Shown here: piece after piece, positions 29,483 through 39,747 of the stretch | Layout of the letters: every line of letters begins with the position of its first letter | Position numbering within the stretch: the first letter of the stretch is position 1 | Source of the DNA: an uncultured Bacteroidia bacterium | GTDB lineage: Bacteria > Bacteroidota > Bacteroidia > Bacteroidales > UBA932 | Assembly: GCA_902780175.1 (NCBI GenBank) | Contig: CACZEU010000003.1 | Span: forward strand, 8,979 to 72,978 | Length of the DNA stretch: 64,000 bases | Direction of reading: 5' to 3' | The notes under the pieces: model-generated | Seen by the model: the letters and a program-made list of their open reading frames with translations, nothing else | What the model was told of the DNA's origin: nothing | The model's database searches: none | Made by a program: the position numbers and the translations under genes

Positions 29483-30940
29483 ATGAAACGAATCTTCATT
29501 CTGCTGTCATTCGCCTTTGTGCTGATTTCGTGCGCTCAGCGCGGGGCCGCTCCTGCCCTCTTGTGGGGCGGTGAGATGCACAATTCCAACGCCTCCACGC
29601 CGGAGTCGATAGATGCATCGCTGGACCTGGCCGCGGAGCTTGGTTTCAATACGGTGCTTGCGCCCGTAAGCTGGGAACTGTTGGAGCCGGTGCAGGGCGG
29701 GTTTGACTTTTCGCTTGTGGATTATCTCTTGAAGGCGGCAGACAAACGGAATCTGTATCTGGGCCTTCTGTGGTTCGGCACATGGAAAAACGGCGAGTCT
29801 TCCTACCCGCCGCTTTGGGTCAAGGGCGATACCGTCACCTATTTCCGGGCGCCGACCGATGTGGCGGAGAAGACTGGTCCCATCTCGCCCTTCTGCGAAG
29901 CTGCCCGTGAGGCCGACGCTACGGCTTTCAAGGCCCTGATGGCGCATCTGAAAAAGGCCGATACAGCCCGTCGCGTCCTCTGCGTCCAGGTAGAAAATGA
30001 AGTGGGAGTATTTGCCGAACGGGATTATTCTCCCGCCGGCATCAAGGCATGGGAGGAGAGCTCCTGGAGCCGCTCCGACGATCCGCTGGCCCCTCAATAT
30101 TTTATGGCTGAAGCCTATGCGCGCTATGTGGATGCAGTTGCCGCCGCAGGAAAGGAAGCCTACGACATTCCTCTTTTCACCAACGCCTGGCTGGCCGATG
30201 CCGACAAAGCCTACGGCAAATACCCCAATGGAGGCCCTCGTGTGGCCGTTCTGGACGCCTGGAAAAAGAACACTCCTCACCTGGACTGGCTCTCTCCGGA
30301 TATCTACGGCCCGGATTTGAGGGAAATGTGCGCGGCGTACGCTGACGGCCAGCCCCTCTTTATTCCGGAAACCAATTGTAAGGCAGGCCGATACTGGTAT
30401 GCCTTGGGAGAAGCCGGCGCGAAGGGCGTATTCGGCTTCGGCTATGAGGAACACTTCGATGACCCTTATTTCACCGCCGAGTGCAAGGTGATTTCCGAGA
30501 TGATGCCGCTTGTCTGTGAAGGGCACCCCATGCGCGGCTTTGTGCGTATCGACAAAAAGGACGCCCCCGACTCGGTATTCGCCCTGTCTTTGGGCAATTA
30601 CACTTTCTGCGTCCACTGCATAGAAGGGGAGAAAAACGCTCACGGTATCATTGTCCAGACTGCCCCGGACGAATTTACCGTCGCCGGCGTCGGAGCCTGG
30701 ATAGACTTCGGCCCATCGGCGAGAATCGCCTTCTGCGAGGAACTGCGTGACGGCCGGCGCTGGCAGGTGCTCAACGGCGACGAAACCGGCCACCACAACA
30801 TGCTCTACCTCCGCGGCCGGCTTGACCTCCCGGATGGCGCCCCCTACTACGGTCTCAGCTTCCAGCGCCGCTTCCGTCCCGCCTGCCAGGAACTCTTCAA
30901 GGTTTCCGGAATCTACAGGATTAAACTCTATAACTTATGA
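29483..30940 (+). CDS. GH35-like / DUF5597 beta-galactosidase-type lipoprotein
   Basis: GGEMHNS, WELLEP, LLWFGTWKNGESSY, VQVENEVG, YPNGGP, SPDIY, LFIPE, LNGDE. Confidence 0.8.
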   Translation: MKRIFILLSFAFVLISCAQRGAAPALLWGGEMHNSNASTPESIDASLDLAAELGFNTVLAPVSWELLEPVQGGFDFSLVDYLLKAADKRNLYLGLLWFGTWKNGESSYPPLWVKGDTVTYFRAPTDVAEKTGPISPFCEAAREADATAFKALMAHLKKADTARRVLCVQVENEVGVFAERDYSPAGIKAWEESSWSRSDDPLAPQYFMAEAYARYVDAVAAAGKEAYDIPLFTNAWLADADKAYGKYPNGGPRVAVLDAWKKNTPHLDWLSPDIYGPDLREMCAAYADGQPLFIPETNCKAGRYWYALGEAGAKGVFGFGYEEHFDDPYFTAECKVISEMMPLVCEGHPMRGFVRIDKKDAPDSVFALSLGNYTFCVHCIEGEKNAHGIIVQTAPDEFTVAGVGAWIDFGPSARIAFCEELRDGRRWQVLNGDETGHHNMLYLRGRLDLPDGAPYYGLSFQRRFRPACQELFKVSGIYRIKLYNL

Positions 30941-32355
30941 AAAAGAGCCTTCTGACACTATGCGTTCTGGCCTTTATCCTGCCTTTGAGTGCGCAGGTGG
31001 GCCCTTCCGTCACATACGAGAAGTTCATTCAGGCTGCGCCGCCTCTCTCGCAGGTGGGAGTTCTCGAGGCCGATGCTTCGCTTCGCGCAGGGCGCTGGTC
31101 TATAGGTTGCGAATGTCTGGACAGGGACATGGCCGTATTCGATGAATACAAGCAGTATGTGGGGCAGCTGGGAGTCGGTTACGCCCGCATCCAGAGCGGC
31201 TGGGCCAAGACGGAGAAAGAGAAGGGAAAGTATGACTTTTCATGGCTGGATGCCATTGTGGACGGCCTCTTGGAGCAGAATGTCCAACCTTGGATGTGCC
31301 TTTGCTATGGCAATCCTATTTATGGAGACGGCAACACCCTTGGCAATGCAATTCCCTCGGACCTCGGCCCCTGGAAAAAGTATGTACAGGCCGTAGTGGA
31401 ACACTTCAAGGGCCGTGTAAACTGCTATGAAGTCTGGAACGAGCCCAATATTTCCGTGAATGCCGGGCATCCCGAACGCTACGTTAAGCTTCTCAAAGCG
31501 ACGTCTCCAATTATCCGCAAGGCCGATCCGTCGGCAAAGATTGCAGCCTTTGCCCTGGCGTCGCTGGATTACGTGTTTCTGGACGAGGCCCTCAAAGCGC
31601 TGAGCCCGGGGCTCTTTGATATCGTGAGCCTTCATAAGTATTTTGAAAACCCGGACGAGGGGGACTATGATTTCCGCCTCCTCACCGAAAGGGTGCATGC
31701 CTTCGCCCCCTCCGTAAAGGTCGTGATGGGCGAAAGCGGCTGTCCGTCGGAACTGGGCTGGGCGCATGCGCTCAAATTCAACGAATGGACGGAGTATTCC
31801 CAGGCGAAGGTGATCCTGAGGCGCATGGCCTGCGACTTTGCGCTGGGCCAGCCTTCTTCCATCTTCACCATGGTGGACCTGGTGTATCCGGATTTCCGCC
31901 AATCCTTCGGCCTTCTTTGCACCAGCCTCAAGGGCAAGGTGATTTACAAAAAGCCCTCGTTCTACGCCGTCAGGAACATGGTGAATCTGCTGCCGGACTC
32001 CGTTGAACCCGCCGAAGTCTCCTTTACCGCTTCCCTGCAGGATCCGCTGAAGGTCATCGGCCTCCGGAAAGACGGGAAACTGGCGGGCGCCATGCTCTAT
32101 CTGTCCGGAGACAAGCCGTCTTCGGCCTTGGAATGGCGGCAGGCCCGTATTGCCGTAGAAGGACTCAAACTCGAGAGCCCTGTCCTGGTGGAGCCCGTCA
32201 CCGGCCGCATCTTCTCTCTTGACCGCTACCATTACTCTCCCAACAACCCCACCAGGACATATAGCCTCCCGGTATGGGACAGCCCGGTATTTTTGATGGA
32301 GAGCAGCGCTGTAATATCTGCTTCTGACAATACAGAATGGCATAATGAGTGGTAA
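30937..32355 (+). CDS. Clan GH-A glycoside hydrolase (GH39-like)
   Basis: GCECLDRD, RIQSGWAKTE, YEVWNEP (acid/base), GESGCPS (nucleophile). Exact family uncertain. Confidence 0.7.
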   Translation: MKKSLLTLCVLAFILPLSAQVGPSVTYEKFIQAAPPLSQVGVLEADASLRAGRWSIGCECLDRDMAVFDEYKQYVGQLGVGYARIQSGWAKTEKEKGKYDFSWLDAIVDGLLEQNVQPWMCLCYGNPIYGDGNTLGNAIPSDLGPWKKYVQAVVEHFKGRVNCYEVWNEPNISVNAGHPERYVKLLKATSPIIRKADPSAKIAAFALASLDYVFLDEALKALSPGLFDIVSLHKYFENPDEGDYDFRLLTERVHAFAPSVKVVMGESGCPSELGWAHALKFNEWTEYSQAKVILRRMACDFALGQPSSIFTMVDLVYPDFRQSFGLLCTSLKGKVIYKKPSFYAVRNMVNLLPDSVEPAEVSFTASLQDPLKVIGLRKDGKLAGAMLYLSGDKPSSALEWRQARIAVEGLKLESPVLVEPVTGRIFSLDRYHYSPNNPTRTYSLPVWDSPVFLMESSAVISASDNTEWHNEW

Positions 32356-34498
32356 ATGGTTATTGTGGATGTCGTTCGCGCTTGTCGCCTGCACGGCTGT
32401 TGAAACCAAGGACGGCTATCAGGAGCTTGTCCAGAAGGGCGGGGCCACGCTCACTTATACAGATGTTCCGCTACTGCGTGAGGGGGGAAAGGTCTTCAAG
32501 GACCTGAGCCGCAACGGGGTGCTGGACCCTTATGAGGACTGGCGGCTTACGCCCGAGGAGCGGGCGGCGGACCTGGCGGCAAAACTGCCGCCGGAGTACC
32601 TCTCGGGCCTGATGACCATCGGCCATACGGTGAACGTTCCGGGGATTTCCTCCATGAGCGTGAGCGGGATTACCTATAATGGAAAGCCCTATGCTGAGAG
32701 CGGGGCGGAGCCTTCCGACATTTGCGACAGGCTGCGAGACGCCATTGTGAACTTCGATACCAGACAGATTCTGCTGGCGCACTCCGACGGGCCCGAGACC
32801 ATCGCCCGTTGGAACAACAAGGTGCAGGCGCTCTGCGAAAGCCTGCCCTGGGGAATTCCCGCCCTGAACTGCACGGACCCCCGCAACGAAATCAAGGCCA
32901 CCGATGAGTTCAACGCCGGTTCAGGTGGTATCTGTTCACAGTGGCCAACGCCGCTTGGACTTGCTGCAACATTCGATACTACCATTGTCATCAACTTCGC
33001 ACGGACCGTCAAGCGAGAATATCGCGCCCTGGGCTTTGGGACGGCGCTTTCTCCCCAGGCCGACCTGGCCACAGATCCACGCTGGAGACGTGTGCCGGGC
33101 ACTTTCGGGGAGAATCCGGAGCTAGTCCGGCAGCTTTCATCGGCCTATATCCATACCCTGCAGCCGGAGGTAAACTGCATTGTCAAGCATTGGCCAGGCG
33201 GCGGTGCCGGTGAGGGGGGACGCGATGCCCATCTTTCGATTGGTAAATATGCAGTATTTCCAGGCGGACGGCTAAAGACCGCCATGGACGCTTTCTGTTT
33301 AGAAGCTAGCGGCATAATGCCTTATTATACTGTTTCTTACGGGCAGGATCCTTCTGGTGAGAATGTGGGAAACAGTTACAGCAGCTATATCATCGATACA
33401 CTTCTAAAGAAACAATACGGATACGAAGGGATTGTCTGTACGGACTGGGGCATCGTTGCGGACTACAACGGCGACCCTCTCACCACCGGCGGCAAATGCT
33501 ATGGCGTGGAGGCGCTTACCAAAGGAGAACGCATCCTGAAGGCGCTGGAAGCGGGTGTGGACGAGTTTGGCGGGACCGTTTATGCTTCCTGGATTATGGA
33601 GGCATATCAACTCTGGTGCGATAAATACGGAGCGGCTTCGGCACGGACGCGCTGGGAAGACTCGGCGCGGAAAATCCTTGTTTCCTTCTTCCGTAGCGGC
33701 GTTTTTGAGAATCCTTACCGGGATCCTGCAGTGGCTCTGGACGTGCTTTCTGACCCAGAGGCACAGGCGCTCGGGGAGGAAGCCCAGCGGAGAAGCGTCG
33801 TGATGCTTAAAAACCGTGGGGGCTCACTTCCCGTACAGACTGGCGCCAAGGTATATATCCCGCAGCGCAAAATCCCCGGCGTCTATTCCATGACCGGTCG
33901 CCTGAAGAAAGCGCCGTACGTTGGCTATTCCATAGATACTGCGGAAGTCGCCCGGCATTATACACTGGTTGAAGACCCTTCAGAGGCCGATTTTGCGCTG
34001 GTAGCGATTACAGAACCTGAAGGAGGCATTGGCTATAAGGATGGTCAGTACATGCCCATCTCCTTGCAGTATTCGGCCTATACCGCTACCCGGGCCAGAG
34101 CCGTTTCCATTGCCGGCGGCGACCCAGCGGAGCAGAGTACCAACCGCAGCTACAGAGGACGGCGCATTGATGTGGAAAACGCATCGGATCTTTCCCTTGT
34201 GAAAGAAACCAAAGCGCTGATGGGAGAAAGGCCGGTTGTCGTCCTTCTTCAGACCACCCGTCCTATAGTGATGGAGTTTGAACCCTGGGCCGATGCCATC
34301 CTCGTTGCGTTCGGGGTGCGGAGCAAGGCTTTTCTGGAAATTGCCTCCGGCGTCTACAGGCCCACGGGCCGCCTTCCCATGCAGTTCCCCGCATCAATGG
34401 ACGAGGTAGAAATGCAACGGGAAGATGTCCCTGAGGATATGACCCCTTGGCAGGACACCGAGGGAAACACTTATGATTTTGGATTTGGTTTATTATGA
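32345..34498 (+). CDS. GH3 beta-glycosidase lipoprotein
   Basis: ALSPQADLATDPRWRR, VKHWPGGG, IMPYY, VCTDWG, GRLPMQFP. Confidence 0.9.
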   Translation: MSGKWLLWMSFALVACTAVETKDGYQELVQKGGATLTYTDVPLLREGGKVFKDLSRNGVLDPYEDWRLTPEERAADLAAKLPPEYLSGLMTIGHTVNVPGISSMSVSGITYNGKPYAESGAEPSDICDRLRDAIVNFDTRQILLAHSDGPETIARWNNKVQALCESLPWGIPALNCTDPRNEIKATDEFNAGSGGICSQWPTPLGLAATFDTTIVINFARTVKREYRALGFGTALSPQADLATDPRWRRVPGTFGENPELVRQLSSAYIHTLQPEVNCIVKHWPGGGAGEGGRDAHLSIGKYAVFPGGRLKTAMDAFCLEASGIMPYYTVSYGQDPSGENVGNSYSSYIIDTLLKKQYGYEGIVCTDWGIVADYNGDPLTTGGKCYGVEALTKGERILKALEAGVDEFGGTVYASWIMEAYQLWCDKYGAASARTRWEDSARKILVSFFRSGVFENPYRDPAVALDVLSDPEAQALGEEAQRRSVVMLKNRGGSLPVQTGAKVYIPQRKIPGVYSMTGRLKKAPYVGYSIDTAEVARHYTLVEDPSEADFALVAITEPEGGIGYKDGQYMPISLQYSAYTATRARAVSIAGGDPAEQSTNRSYRGRRIDVENASDLSLVKETKALMGERPVVVLLQTTRPIVMEFEPWADAILVAFGVRSKAFLEIASGVYRPTGRLPMQFPASMDEVEMQREDVPEDMTPWQDTEGNTYDFGFGLL

Positions 34499-36036
34499 AA
34501 AGATTCGTGTTATTGACCCTTGCTTTATTGTGTGCATCCCTGGCCTTTGCCCAGCCGGCCATACCGCACCGGGCGTCGGAAGATACGGAAGGGGTGATGA
34601 GCCCTGCCTACTGGGCTTTGTGGAACGATGAGGTCCAGGCGCGGATCGATGCCGACATCGAGCGCAACCGTAAGGCCGATGGCTTTGTCAAAATCCCCGG
34701 CCTCAAGCGTGGTACGCCGGTTCAGGTGGAACAGGTCTCATCGGCTTTCCTCTTTGGCGCCTCCACGTTCAACTTTAACCAATTGGGGACGCCGGAGGCA
34801 AATGAGCGCTATCGGGAGCTATTCGGGACGCTGTTCAACCGGGCTACGGTGGGGCTTTATTGGCGCGATTTCCAATGGTTCCGTGAGTCGCCCATGCGTT
34901 ACAGTGGAGAATTCCGTGATAGCGAAGAATACTGGAATACGTTCAAGAAGAAACCATTTGCCCAACCACATTGGCGGCGTCCGGCTTCAGACCCCATCGT
35001 GGAGTGGTGCGCTGCGCATGGGGTTGCCGTACACTTGCATCCCCTGGCCTGGGGCAGCGGCACCAACAATCCCCGTTGGTTGCACCAGTTGGCGCCATAT
35101 TCCGAACGGGCCCTGTTGGATTCCCTGGAAGACGTTTCCCTGTTTGAAAGCAAGGTCCCGCGCTCTGCGCGCTATGAGTTCCTTTCCCCTGCGGAACTGG
35201 CACAGCTGCTTCCCGGATACGGGAAGGCTCTTGGAGACACCTTTGACGCCCATGTGCGTAATATAATTGACCATTACAAAGACCATCCGGCAGTGACCAG
35301 CTATGACGTGGTGAACGAAAGTTGCAAGGACTGGCGTGCGGGCGTACAGGTTCCCGGGGACCTTTTTACCAAAAGCCGCTATATGCTGCTCCCCGGAGAT
35401 TATACCCGCCGGACTTGGCGCATCGCGGATGAGAAGATTCCTTCGTCCCAGATGAAATGTATAAACGATTATGTGGACGCCGATGATTATCCCCGTCAGG
35501 TGCTGACGCTTCTGGAGGAGGGGTATGGTGTACAGGCCATCGGCTCCCAGATGCATCTTTATGACCCGGATCAGTGCCGCCGGATTGCCGAAGGCGCCGC
35601 CATTCAGACACCGGAGTACGTTTGGGACCTCATGAAACGGCTCTCCGTACCGGATCTTCCCATATGCATCAGTGAAATTACCATTACAGCCCCCACGGAA
35701 GGGAATCGCGGAGAGATGATTCAGGCCATCATCGCCCGAAACCTTTACCGTCTGTGGTTCAGTGGCGAAAAAATGTTCGCCATCACCTGGTGGAACCTGG
35801 TGGACGGTTGCGGCTTCCCGGGAGAGCCCTCTACGTCGGGCCTTTTTCACCGGGATATGCGCCCCAAAGCGGCCTATTATGCGCTGGAAGAATTGATTCT
35901 TCACGAGTGGCGTACCCGTCTCGAAGTGAAGGCCGGCCGGAGCGGTGAGGTGCGTTGGCGCGGCTTTAAAGGAACTTATCGCTTGAGTTGGAAAGACAGA
36001 CGTGGCGAAGAACATACTGCAATTGTTGACTTATGA
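34495..36036 (+). CDS. GH10-like glycoside hydrolase
   Basis: LFNRAT, HPLAW, YDVVNE, IND, IGSQMH, ISEIT, ITWWN. Confidence 0.75.
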   Translation: MKRFVLLTLALLCASLAFAQPAIPHRASEDTEGVMSPAYWALWNDEVQARIDADIERNRKADGFVKIPGLKRGTPVQVEQVSSAFLFGASTFNFNQLGTPEANERYRELFGTLFNRATVGLYWRDFQWFRESPMRYSGEFRDSEEYWNTFKKKPFAQPHWRRPASDPIVEWCAAHGVAVHLHPLAWGSGTNNPRWLHQLAPYSERALLDSLEDVSLFESKVPRSARYEFLSPAELAQLLPGYGKALGDTFDAHVRNIIDHYKDHPAVTSYDVVNESCKDWRAGVQVPGDLFTKSRYMLLPGDYTRRTWRIADEKIPSSQMKCINDYVDADDYPRQVLTLLEEGYGVQAIGSQMHLYDPDQCRRIAEGAAIQTPEYVWDLMKRLSVPDLPICISEITITAPTEGNRGEMIQAIIARNLYRLWFSGEKMFAITWWNLVDGCGFPGEPSTSGLFHRDMRPKAAYYALEELILHEWRTRLEVKAGRSGEVRWRGFKGTYRLSWKDRRGEEHTAIVDL

Positions 36037-37205
36037 AAAAGATAAAGCTTTCCCTCTTTGTAAAGGTCCTTATCGCCATTGCCATCGGTTCGCTTCTCGG
36101 ACTCATCTCCCCCGATTGGCTTGTGCGGCTTTTCAAGACCTTCAACGTGCTGTTTGCGCAGCTTCTCAAGTTCATCGTCCCGCTCCTGGTGCTGGGTCTG
36201 GTGACGCCGGCCATTTACGGGCTCGGCAAGGGTGCCGGAAAGATGCTGCTCGTCGTGGTGGGCGTGGCTTACGTGTCCACCGTCCTGGCGGGGCTCTTCG
36301 CATACGGCAGCGCATCCGCCCTTTTCCCGCATATCCTCGGGGTGGGCGACCTGCAGACCGATGCAGCGACTGCAAAGACCTTCGAACCTTATATTGACCT
36401 CAAGATAAAGCCGCTCTGCGATATGCTCACGGCCCTGTGCCTGTCATTCATGATTGGCATCTGCTGCATCTACATCAAGGGCGACACCCTCAGAAACTGG
36501 TTCAATGAGTTTGGCGAGGTGGTCAAGATGACCATCGAGAAGGCCATCATTCCCCTGATGCCGCTTTACATCCTTACCATGATGTGCGAGATGAGCGCAT
36601 CCGGCAAGATGGCGGTGGTGATGGGCTCCGGAGTGAAGGTCATCGCAACGGGCGTTGTACTTTCCATACTCTATCTTGTCGTCCAGTATGTGATTGCTGG
36701 CGCCATAGCGGGTAAAAACCCTTTCAAATGCCTCTGGAACATGTTCCCGGCATATCTGACGGGCTTCTCTATCTGTTCGTCTTCGGCAGTGATTCCGGTA
36801 ACCACCAAGTGCACACTTAAGAACGGCGTGTCGGAAGAAGTCACCGATTTCGTGGTGCCGCTCTGTTCCAACGTGCACATGTGCGGCTCCGTAATCAAGC
36901 TTGCCACTACGGCCGTTGCGGTCGCCCTCATGGTGGGACAGCCCATTTCCTTCGGCCTGTTCTTTAACTTCATGCTTATACTCGCAGTGGCTACCGTTGC
37001 TTCGCCGGGCGTCATGAGCGGTGTCCTTATGGCCTCCGTCGGCTTCCTCGAGAGCATGCTGGGATTCACTCCCGAGATGACGGCTCTCCTTATGACCATC
37101 TACCTTGCCCTGGACGGCTACGGCCCTGCCTGCAACGTTACCGGCGACGGTGCCATCGCCCTTGGCGTGGACCGTTTTTTCAAAAAACAAATGCCTGCAC
37201 AATGA
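36033..37205 (+). CDS. Dicarboxylate/amino acid:cation symporter (DAACS)
   Basis: Multi-TM; SSSAVIPVT, VVPLCSNVHMCG, ASPGV, GPACNVTGDGA. Confidence 0.9.
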   Translation: MKKIKLSLFVKVLIAIAIGSLLGLISPDWLVRLFKTFNVLFAQLLKFIVPLLVLGLVTPAIYGLGKGAGKMLLVVVGVAYVSTVLAGLFAYGSASALFPHILGVGDLQTDAATAKTFEPYIDLKIKPLCDMLTALCLSFMIGICCIYIKGDTLRNWFNEFGEVVKMTIEKAIIPLMPLYILTMMCEMSASGKMAVVMGSGVKVIATGVVLSILYLVVQYVIAGAIAGKNPFKCLWNMFPAYLTGFSICSSSAVIPVTTKCTLKNGVSEEVTDFVVPLCSNVHMCGSVIKLATTAVAVALMVGQPISFGLFFNFMLILAVATVASPGVMSGVLMASVGFLESMLGFTPEMTALLMTIYLALDGYGPACNVTGDGAIALGVDRFFKKQMPAQ

Positions 37206-39481
37206 AGAAGTCCTGCCTCTTGATTCCGGTCTTGATCTGCCTTGCCGCATGCGGCAGAAACGAGATAAACTATCAGCCCGTAGAGGGATATACGATTGTC
37301 AATCAGACTAAAGGCCCCGCCCTTGGATTTACGTCTGCACCCATCCTCACCATAGATGGCTATGCCTTCAAGGACCTCAGCAGGGACGGTAAGCTTGACG
37401 TTTACGAGGACTGGAGGAAGGATGCAAAGACAAGGGCGAAGGACTTAGCTTCGAAGCTGACACTGGAAGAGATTTGCGGCCTGATGCTCTATTCCAGCGC
37501 CGTCGATGCTTTTTCGCCGGAGCTGACGGACAAACATAAATCCCTTCTCGCAGACGACCACATCCGCCACATGCTGGTGCGGGAGGTCGCCACCCCGTCC
37601 ACAGGCGCCGCATGGTCCAACAACGTCCAGGCGTTCTGCGAGCAGGAACGGCTCGGAATCCCGTCGAACAATTCATCAGACCCCCGCAACTACACGAACG
37701 GTACGGCAAACGTCAACAACTATAAGCCCGAGCCCGACGGTGAGTATGACCCCTCCGGAGTAAGCAATATCTCCAAATGGCCCCGCGAGATGGGGCTGGC
37801 CGCCACTTTCGACATGGATGTCATACGCAGGCATGGCGAAATGGTCTCGGCAGAATATCGCGCCCTCGGCATCACGACCGCACTTTCCCCTCAGGTAGAT
37901 ATGGCGTCCGACCCCCGCTGGCGCCGTTTCTACGGTACTTTCAGCGAGGACCCGGCTCTCTGCAGGGACATCGCCCGCATTTATTGTGAGGCCTTCCAGA
38001 CTACGCCCGGCAGCAAGACCGGCTGGGGAAACCAATCCGTGAACTGCATGGTCAAGCACTGGCCCGGCGGCGGCTCCGGCGAAGGCGGCAGGGACGCCCA
38101 CTTCGGAACAGGAAAATATGCCGTGTACCCCGGGAACAACTTTGCCCAGGGGCTTGTCCCTTTTACCGAGGGTGCGTTCAAGCTGCCAGGAAAGACGCGT
38201 ATGGCATCGGCTGTAATGCCTTACTACACCATATCATACGGACAGGATCCCAGTGGGGAGAACGTAGGCAACGGATTCTCCAAGTACATCATCGGGGATC
38301 TTCTGAGAGACAAATACAAGTACGACGGCGTTGTCTGTACGGACTGGGGCATAGTGAGGGAATACAACGTTCCCTGGGAGCATAAGGGCACCCCGTGGGG
38401 AGTGGAGACTCTTTCTGCGGCCGAAAAGCGTTTCAAATGCTTCGAGGCTGGGGTTGACCAGCTCGGAGGGGCAAAAGACAATGCCGTGAGCATTGAAGCC
38501 TATCGCCTCTGGGAGGCCAAATACGGCGAACGGAGCGCCCGCGAGAGGTTTGAGCTGAGCGCCTGCAGGATACTTGTAAACATCTTCAATACCGGCCTCT
38601 TCGAGAACCCCTACGTGAGTCCGCAGAAGGCGGATCAAATCGTTGGGTGCAAAGAATTTACGGCTGCCGGTTACGATGCCCAGCTGAAGAGTGTCGTGAT
38701 GCTCAAGAATGTTGCCGGAGTCCTTCCCAAGGCCGGCCGGCTCAAGGTGTACGAGCCTCTGCGTCACGTACCTGCAGGCTTGTCCCACTGGCAGAAACCC
38801 ACTCCGGAGTATGACGAGTATCCGATTTCCAAGGAGCTGCTTGGCAGGTATTACGAGGTGGTGGATTCCCCGTCGGAAGCCGACTTTGCCATCGTTTGCA
38901 TCAAGAGTCCGGTGGGACATTGGGGCTACGTTCAACCCAATGAAGAATATCCCGAGGGCCACTACAACCCGATAAGCCTGCAGTGGGGCCCCTATAAGGC
39001 CATAAATGCAAGGGAGCACAGCATCGCCGGAGGAGACCCTAAAGAATCATCTTCAAACCGCAGCTATCGCGGCTTCGAAGAGACATCCTCCAACGCCACC
39101 GATGCCATCCTCGTCAGGGATACAAAACTGGCGATGGGAGAAAAGCCCGTTGTGGTGGTTGTTGCGATGGAACGTCCGTTCGTGCCCGCCGAAATCGAGC
39201 CCTGGGCCGACGCCCTGCTTACCGTCTGCGGCGTTTCCAACAACGCGATTTTGGATATAGTGAGCGGTGCGGCAGAGCCTTACGGCCTTCTTCCCTGCCA
39301 GCTTCCCGCTGATATGGAAACCGTTGAAGCACAATGCGAAGACGTACCCCGCGACATGCGGTGCTACAAGGATTCCGAAGGCAATACCTACGATTTTGCC
39401 TACGGCCTCAACTGGTCGGGAGTCATAGATGACGGGCGTACCGCTAAGTACCGCAGGCCGCTTGCTGCTTGTGGCTGGTGA
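37202..39481 (+). CDS. GH3 beta-glycosidase lipoprotein (paralog of 32345)
   Basis: ALSPQVDMASDPRWRR, VKHWPGGG, VMPYY, VCTDWG. Confidence 0.9.
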   Translation: MKKSCLLIPVLICLAACGRNEINYQPVEGYTIVNQTKGPALGFTSAPILTIDGYAFKDLSRDGKLDVYEDWRKDAKTRAKDLASKLTLEEICGLMLYSSAVDAFSPELTDKHKSLLADDHIRHMLVREVATPSTGAAWSNNVQAFCEQERLGIPSNNSSDPRNYTNGTANVNNYKPEPDGEYDPSGVSNISKWPREMGLAATFDMDVIRRHGEMVSAEYRALGITTALSPQVDMASDPRWRRFYGTFSEDPALCRDIARIYCEAFQTTPGSKTGWGNQSVNCMVKHWPGGGSGEGGRDAHFGTGKYAVYPGNNFAQGLVPFTEGAFKLPGKTRMASAVMPYYTISYGQDPSGENVGNGFSKYIIGDLLRDKYKYDGVVCTDWGIVREYNVPWEHKGTPWGVETLSAAEKRFKCFEAGVDQLGGAKDNAVSIEAYRLWEAKYGERSARERFELSACRILVNIFNTGLFENPYVSPQKADQIVGCKEFTAAGYDAQLKSVVMLKNVAGVLPKAGRLKVYEPLRHVPAGLSHWQKPTPEYDEYPISKELLGRYYEVVDSPSEADFAIVCIKSPVGHWGYVQPNEEYPEGHYNPISLQWGPYKAINAREHSIAGGDPKESSSNRSYRGFEETSSNATDAILVRDTKLAMGEKPVVVVVAMERPFVPAEIEPWADALLTVCGVSNNAILDIVSGAAEPYGLLPCQLPADMETVEAQCEDVPRDMRCYKDSEGNTYDFAYGLNWSGVIDDGRTAKYRRPLAACGW

Positions 39482-39482
39482 A

Positions 39483-39563
39483 CTCATGGCCGTCAGCGGC
39501 ACTGGTACGTTGTGGTTCATCCAGGTGCTGTGGTTGCTGTACCTGATCCTGCTGCTGGTGCGT
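39483..39563 (+). pseudogene. Short fragment resembling a membrane acyltransferase-3 family gene
   Basis: LMAVSGTGTLWFIQVLWLLYLILLLVR resembles the LW(F/Y)I..L helix of AT3 proteins. No intact gene surrounds it. Confidence 0.4.
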
Positions 39564-39581
39564 GCAGGGGGAGAAGCGCCG

Positions 39582-39747
39582 GAAGCAGTATTAACCTTTT
39601 TGCACTCAATACTTATCCGGTTTTATGTCCGTCTCAAAGATAATCATTATTTTTGTCAACAGTATGAAGAAGAGTGTATCCATCTTTCTGGCTATGCTGG
39701 CCGCCTTGACCGTCAATGCCCGAAGCGCCTCCTGCAATCCGGACTGG
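39582..39747. repeat. Direct repeat copy 2 (166 bp) of 1749-1914, with both -7 boxes
   Basis: Offset 37,833 bp. Retains only about 9 codons of the leftward lyase gene (TTG AGT GCA AAA AGG TTA ATA CTG CTT on the minus strand). Confidence 0.95.
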
